Assembly: GCA_025355955.1 (NCBI GenBank)
Contig: JANXYP010000200.1
Span: 16,125 to 80,124, forward strand
Source of the DNA: Chloroflexota bacterium
GTDB lineage: Bacteria; Chloroflexota; Chloroflexia; QHBQ01
Direction: 5' to 3'
Length of the DNA: 64,000 nucleotides
In this document: piece after piece, positions 59,290 to 64,000 of the stretch
How the letters are laid out: the number at the start of each line of letters is the position of its first letter
How positions within the stretch are numbered: the stretch's first letter is position 1
Notes under the pieces: model-generated
Told to the model about the DNA's origin: nothing
Database searches by the model: none
Seen by the model: the letters and a program-made list of their open reading frames with translations, nothing else
Program-made: the position numbers and the translations under genes

Positions 59290-60489
59290 ATGCCTTATTA
59301 CAAGAAAATGGGGAACATCCCCCACAAGCGGCACACCATCTTCCGCCGCCCCGACGGCAAGCTCTACACCGAGGAGTTGTTTGGGGTGGAGGGCTTTAGC
59401 GGGATTGCCAGCCTGCTCTACCACTACAACCCGCCAGTGCGGGCGGTACGCATCCAGCCCTGCCCGGAGATGAGCGCTGCGCTCACCCCCAAAGTCGCGC
59501 CGCAGGATGTGCAGCGCCATCACCACCTAAAGACTGGCGCGCTGCCCGCCGGTGGCGACCCCATCCAGGCGCGGCGCATCCTGATGTTCAACAACGACAT
59601 CCGCATGGCCCTGGCCCGCCCCACCGAGCAGATGCCCTACTACTACCGCAACTCCCAGGCTGACGAGATGTATTTCATCCACCAGGGGCGCGGCGTGTTC
59701 GAGACCGTCTTCGGCAACCTGCCCTACGAGCCGGGCGATTACGTCATCCTGCCGCATGGCACCACCTACCGCGTGGTGTTGGACAATGCCAACAGCCCAG
59801 AGGGGCAGCGCTGGTTCGTCAGCGAGGCGAAGGGGCGTATCGAAGTGCCGCATCGTTACCAGAATCAATACGGTCAACTGCTGGAACACTCACCTTTCTG
59901 CGAACGCGACATCAGCGGGCCAGCCGAGCTAGCGCCGATCATCGAAGACCCCCAGACGGGGCGCGAGTACGAGGTGGTAGTGCGCGCCGCCGATATGGTC
60001 ACGGCGTACTACTACGAAACCCACCCTCTGGACGTGGTTGGCTGGGATGGCTATCTCTATCCCTGGCGCTTCAACATCCGCGACTTCGAGCCGATAACTG
60101 GCCGCATCCACCAGCCACCGCCCGTGCATCAGACCTTCCAGGGGCCAAACTTCGTAGTCTGCTCGTTCGTGCCACGCAAGTTCGACTATCATCCCGAAGG
60201 CATCCCCGCGCCCTACAACCACAGCAACATCGACAGCGAGGAGATGATCTACTACGTCAACGGCAACTTCATGTCGCGCAAGGGCATGGAGATTGGGAGC
60301 ATCACCATGCACCCGCACGGCATCCCACATGGCCCAGCGCCCGGCGCAGCCGAGGCTAGCATCGGCAAGGAAGCCACCGAGGAACTGGCGGTGATGATTG
60401 ACACCTTCCATCCTGTCTACTACACCGAAGCGGCGATGGAGATTGACGACCCCAGCTATCCTCTTAGCTGGTACGAGAACGACAAGTAA
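59290..60489 (+). CDS. hmgA: Homogentisate 1,2-dioxygenase
   Basis: EELFG.EGF, HPLDVVGWDG, H.PPPVH.TF, PYNHSN.D and HPHG.PHGP. Confidence 0.92.
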   Translation: MPYYKKMGNIPHKRHTIFRRPDGKLYTEELFGVEGFSGIASLLYHYNPPVRAVRIQPCPEMSAALTPKVAPQDVQRHHHLKTGALPAGGDPIQARRILMFNNDIRMALARPTEQMPYYYRNSQADEMYFIHQGRGVFETVFGNLPYEPGDYVILPHGTTYRVVLDNANSPEGQRWFVSEAKGRIEVPHRYQNQYGQLLEHSPFCERDISGPAELAPIIEDPQTGREYEVVVRAADMVTAYYYETHPLDVVGWDGYLYPWRFNIRDFEPITGRIHQPPPVHQTFQGPNFVVCSFVPRKFDYHPEGIPAPYNHSNIDSEEMIYYVNGNFMSRKGMEIGSITMHPHGIPHGPAPGAAEASIGKEATEELAVMIDTFHPVYYTEAAMEIDDPSYPLSWYENDK

Positions 60490-60509
60490 GCAAACCAGGA
60501 GGAGCAAAC

Positions 60510-60680
60510 ATGGACGATAACGTTAATACCAGGACCGCTACGCCCGACGCTGATCAAGCGGCAGAGGGTGAAGAGCTAAACCAGCGCTGGACGGTCGACG
60601 AAGATGGCGTGGTCAGCCTGGCGGAGGATGACGACCAGCCCGATCTTGCCGATAACCCCGATGCCAACGACGCACCATAG
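60510..60680 (+). CDS. Small acidic hypothetical protein (56 aa), not in the ORF track
   Basis: AGGAGGAG RBS, ATG 60510, TAG 60678-60680, then a terminator. Confidence 0.6.
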   Translation: MDDNVNTRTATPDADQAAEGEELNQRWTVDEDGVVSLAEDDDQPDLADNPDANDAP

Positions 60681-60704
60681 CCCAGGCCAGCATAGTCGTC
60701 GTAA

Positions 60705-60752
60705 AGAGATTGGCCCACCATGTTTTATTTGGCGGGCCAATCTTTTCTCTTC
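60705..60752 (+). terminator. Intrinsic terminator
   Basis: AGATTGGCCC.CCA...TGG.GGGCCAATCT followed by a T-rich tail. Confidence 0.7.
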
Positions 60753-60780
60753 TGGCTTGAGTGCAGGCTACCCCCTTATA

Positions 60781-60959
60781 CCAATTAGCCGCGCAGCTAG
60801 TACAAATTGGACCAGGGCGAACAACGGTTCGCCTAACAGATCGCCGAACAGAATGGACCAGGGCGAACAACGGTTCGCCTAACAGATCGCCGAACAGAAT
60901 GGACCAGGGCGAACAACGGTTCGCCCCTACAGAACTATGGCATCGCCTCGGCTAATTGG
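60781..60959. mobile_element. MITE-B copy with an internal 46-bp tandem amplification of the REP (x3)
   Basis: TIRs intact and TA-flanked; units start at 60808, 60854 and 60900. Confidence 0.85.
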
Positions 60960-60984
60960 TATTACTCAAAACTCAGTATTGTTC

Positions 60985-61458
60985 TCACCCTCGCAGTGAG
61001 CCAATCAGCCGCATAGGGTTCAGCAGCAGATCGAGCGCGTCGGTGATGTTGCGGGCCACAATGTCGGCGTTCTCCATCGCCTCGTTCGCCAACCCCTCTG
61101 GCCCCAGCACGGCAATGCCCAGCCCGGCCATGAACAACATCGCGCCGTCGTTCGCGCCATTGCCAATTGCCACTACGTTGTGCGCCCCCAGGCCACCCAC
61201 ATAGATTGCCTTCTGCTCTGCTCCTATATGATCCTTATCGAGCAGGTGCAACTCCACCCCCAGCTGTTGGGCGACTGCAGTGGCCGTGCCTAGTGTATCA
61301 GCACTCAGCAATACAATGTGTAGCTGCCCACCCAACCTCTTGAGGCGCTCATCCACCCCGGCAATTATTTCACCGTCCAGTGTGATCGTGCCATTGATGT
61401 CTAGGGCCAGATGCTCCAGCCGCAGCTTCTTCCAGTTGGGAACCTCAATCTCGATCAT
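60985..61458 (-). CDS. HAD-superfamily soluble P-type ATPase-like protein
   Basis: LDINGT, SADT.G, K, AIGNGAND..M and ALDLL..P.RL. Confidence 0.85.
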   Translation of the reverse strand: MIEIEVPNWKKLRLEHLALDINGTITLDGEIIAGVDERLKRLGGQLHIVLLSADTLGTATAVAQQLGVELHLLDKDHIGAEQKAIYVGGLGAHNVVAIGNGANDGAMLFMAGLGIAVLGPEGLANEAMENADIVARNITDALDLLLNPMRLIGSLRG

Positions 61459-61717
61459 CGTGTCCGCCTCTCATTGTCCACTGTCGTCTACTATCCTGTC
61501 GGTGTTCTCATTGTACATCGTATTGCCCCCGCTGTCAAAGGCCGCCATTATATAAGGGTGTGTTACTAGTTATTCGGTGGTTAGCTCTCTCATCAGGGCG
61601 GGCCACCGCCCGCCCCTACGTTTATCCAATAACTTGTATCACACCCCTTACATCAGCATCGGTGCAGGGTGAGGGGGTGTATGCCGTCCACCCCTACTGC
61701 AGATGCTTATTCAGGCT

Positions 61718-62050
61718 TCATCCCTTGCGTAGCGAATACTCCGCCGGGGCGAAGAAGACCAGCACGCGCAGCTCCTCGCTAATGCTATGGAAGCAATGCT
61801 CAACCTCTGCGGCAACGAACACCACTGCCCCAGCGGCTACCGCACTGTCCTCTGCGCCGACTCGAATCTGCCCGCTGCCGCTGATTACGTAGTAAACCTC
61901 ATCCTCGCTATGCGGCTGCTGTGGATCCGTACCGCCAGGGGGCAACACGTAGAGACCGATACTGAGCGATGACTCGCGCAGGAACTCCAGATAAAGGCGG
62001 CCTGACTCGGCCTGCTGCGCGGCTAGCTGTTCGATGGTAAAGATGTCCAC
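61718..62050 (-). CDS. Cupin domain protein
   Basis: DPQQPHSEDEVYYV.SG and V.A..EH.FH. Confidence 0.88.
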   Translation of the reverse strand: MDIFTIEQLAAQQAESGRLYLEFLRESSLSIGLYVLPPGGTDPQQPHSEDEVYYVISGSGQIRVGAEDSAVAAGAVVFVAAEVEHCFHSISEELRVLVFFAPAEYSLRKG

Positions 62051-62051
62051 G

Positions 62052-62696
62052 TTAATAATCCCCTCTCTTTTTCACTGCAACAAGTATGGTGAAATCGCGC
62101 ACCCGCCAGCCGATACTGGTGCTGACCATCTGCGCCTGCAGCACTGGCGCAGTGGGTTGCCAGTCGCCCGCGCCGCTGCGTAGCTCCACCGTCACCGTCA
62201 CAAGTACGCTTGCACCCTCGTCGGTGTTCGGGGTGGGAGTAGCTGATAGCGGCGTAAAGATCGCCTTTGGGTTACGCACATCGTAACCGTGCAGCGTGTT
62301 TGCCACCGCCGCGATGCTTGCCTCATTCTCCGCCGTAATCTGACGCGGCAGCCAGTACGCCTGCGCGTTGTCCGTGGCACCCTCGTGGAGGAAAAAGAAA
62401 AAGTTGAGCGTGGCCGCCTCCGGTGTAATCGTCGGCTGCATCGGTTCGCCACATCCCGACAATAGCGATACAAGCAGCAAGGCCGCGATGAACCATGCTC
62501 GTCCAGCATTGAGGGGGGTTCGAGATTCTCCCCCAACCCCCGCTGGGGGCTTTTTGCTGATGATGAACCATGCTCGTTCAACATTGAGCTGGGTTCGATA
62601 TTCTCCCCCAACCCCCGCTGGGGGCTTTTTGCTAACGTGCTGGTTTAGTCCTGGGTTGCTTGACAAGCGTAGCCCCCCTGCCTTATAATCCCTCAT
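62052..62696 (-). CDS. Putative lipoprotein; start uncertain, N-terminus repeat-derived
   Basis: AALLLVSLLSGC lipobox; NTF2-like-looking tail (GWRV); stop sits next to the cupin start. Confidence 0.5.
   Translation of the reverse strand: MRDYKAGGLRLSSNPGLNQHVSKKPPAGVGGEYRTQLNVERAWFIISKKPPAGVGGESRTPLNAGRAWFIAALLLVSLLSGCGEPMQPTITPEAATLNFFFFLHEGATDNAQAYWLPRQITAENEASIAAVANTLHGYDVRNPKAIFTPLSATPTPNTDEGASVLVTVTVELRSGAGDWQPTAPVLQAQMVSTSIGWRVRDFTILVAVKKRGDY
62660..62689 (+). promoter_or_regulatory. Consensus sigma70 promoter of the response regulator gene
   Basis: TTGACA-18-TATAAT. Confidence 0.75.
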
Positions 62697-62748
62697 AATT
62701 TGTTCGCCGGTTGGAGTAATTGGGCAACAGGCTGAAGGAGAATCGAAC

Positions 62749-63411
62749 GTGACACAGAATAATACCGAACAGGCGCGTCCCACCCGCATCGTTGCCGCCG
62801 ACGACGAGCCACTTATTCGCATGAACCTGCGCGAGACGCTTAACAGCCTCGGTTATGAGGTGGTGGGCGAGGCGGGCGATGGTAGCCAGGCAGTCAAGCT
62901 GGCCCGCGAGTTGCGACCAGACATCGTGATTATGGACATCAAGATGCCGGAGATGGACGGTATCGAGGCGGCTCACATCCTGACTAGTGAACAGATCGCC
63001 CCTGTCCTGCTGCTGACCGCCTACAGCGATCGTGAGCTGATTGAGCGGGCTAAGGGTGCAGGGGTGATGAACTACCTGGTCAAGCCCTTCCGTGAAGAGA
63101 GCCTGACCCCCGCCATCGAAGTGACGCTGGCGACCTGGAGCAGTATGCAGCAACTCGATCAACAGGTGGACAGTCTACAGGGCCAGCTTGATACCACCCA
63201 GGGTGAGCTAGGCAGTCTGCGTGAGCAGCTCGAGGCCCGCAAGATGATCGAGCGGGCGAAGGGGCTGCTGATGCAGCGCAAAGGCATCAGCGAACAGGAA
63301 GCCTTCCGCATCGTGCAGAAGCGCAGCATGGACTCGCGCAAGTCCATGCGCGAGGTGGCGAAGGAGATCATTGATGCTTACTCGCTGACCGACGACCTGG
63401 AAAAGCAATGA
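62749..63411 (+). CDS. Response regulator receiver + ANTAR domain (PdtaR-like)
   Basis: ADDE, MDIKMP, LTAY and KPF; RK.IERAKGLLM...SE.EAF...QK.SMD.R. Confidence 0.92.
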   Translation: MTQNNTEQARPTRIVAADDEPLIRMNLRETLNSLGYEVVGEAGDGSQAVKLARELRPDIVIMDIKMPEMDGIEAAHILTSEQIAPVLLLTAYSDRELIERAKGAGVMNYLVKPFREESLTPAIEVTLATWSSMQQLDQQVDSLQGQLDTTQGELGSLREQLEARKMIERAKGLLMQRKGISEQEAFRIVQKRSMDSRKSMREVAKEIIDAYSLTDDLEKQ

Positions 63412-63493
63412 TGAATGGTGAATGGTAAATGGTAAATGAAAAGCAAGGTGCCTCCACGGGCTTGCTTTCTTGCTGATTAACCTGATTTACCAT

Positions 63494-64000
63494 TCACCAT
63501 TTACCATTCACCATTTGGTTCAGCTGCTCCAGCCCATCCACGCAGCGTGGGCCGGGGCGGAGCAGCGCGTCGTCAATTGGGTAGACTTTGCCGCTCTTGA
63601 CCGGGGCAAGGTCTTGCCATGCTTGCGACCGCGACTTCACCTCATTGGCGGTTATACCTATGCTGGCATCGCCGAGGATGATCAGGTCAGGGGGGCGCTG
63701 CTGCAAATCGCCCAGCTTGACCGTGACCAGGCTGCCGCTAACCACGGTCGTGGGTGCGAGGGCGCTATCCAGGTTGTCGCTACCAGCGGTGGGTTGGGCC
63801 ACTGCAAGGTCGTTTACATAGTTGCTGCCGCCCGCCGCCACGATCAGCCCGGCGACGAACGTGTTGGGCGCAACCGTCAGCGGCGTATCCAGGTTGCTGG
63901 CATCCACCTCGTAGAACACTAGCGGGCGTTTGCTTTGCGCCCCTACTTTGGCCCGCATCGCCTCGAGCCGCGCCTGCATCGCCTTGCCCAGCGTGTCCGC
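63494..64000 (-). CDS. ABC substrate-binding protein (BtuF/iron-siderophore type), 3' part
   Basis: AGG.N, PDLII, W..L.PVK.GKVY and RPGPR..GLE; ORF runs off the window. Confidence 0.8.
   Translation of the reverse strand, partial: ADTLGKAMQARLEAMRAKVGAQSKRPLVFYEVDASNLDTPLTVAPNTFVAGLIVAAGGSNYVNDLAVAQPTAGSDNLDSALAPTTVVSGSLVTVKLGDLQQRPPDLIILGDASIGITANEVKSRSQAWQDLAPVKSGKVYPIDDALLRPGPRCVDGLEQLNQMVNGKW

Noticed and set aside
59071..60489. Amber-recoded HicB-HmgA fusion (the relic is in frame with hmgA through two TAGs)
   Set aside because: TAG ends many normal genes here, hmgA has its own start and a normal N-terminus, and frame coincidence has a 1 in 3 chance.
60808..60930. Mini CRISPR array
   Set aside because: The apparent spacers are identical and the repeat is enclosed by MITE TIRs.

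Overview
GC-rich bacterial chromosomal window, probably Chloroflexota (inferred from Cys-loop SLH proteins, a PHP-AlbA_2 fusion and general gene content). I found no rRNA, tRNA, CRISPR array or full transposase. Gene content: the 5' end of recN (missing from the ORF track), DUF885, murG, an EndoIII-like glycosylase, a radical SAM protein and a DUF4258/YgiT toxin-antitoxin pair; a TPR/DUF6909-like/DUF4388 cluster; an ~18 kb cell-surface locus (duplicated lipoprotein + SLH/beta-propeller cassette, two GT-C-like membrane paralogs, SGNH hydrolase, SLH-anchored S8 protease); an AT-rich orphan HNH nuclease; a sugar ABC operon, rhodanese, NiaR, class II UvrA and an ECF sigma/anti-sigma pair; lon followed by a large PHP-AlbA_2 protein and a YgjP-like gene; a hppD-fahA-hmgA operon interrupted by a GNAT gene and a hicB pseudogene; and an ANTAR response regulator. 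Intergenic DNA is dense in GTAG-type REPs, MITE-like shells and 7-mer tandem repeats, several of them read in frame inside proteins. Best novelty candidates: (1) the PHP + degenerate Schlafen/AlbA_2 + unknown-domain scaffold protein; (2) a REP whose stem is a GAAC-N4-GTTC LexA-type box, tandemly amplified upstream of recN; (3) a ~480-nt multi-hairpin leader RNA in front of only one copy of the duplicated SLH cassette. Family assignments come from motif recognition by eye, not from database searches.
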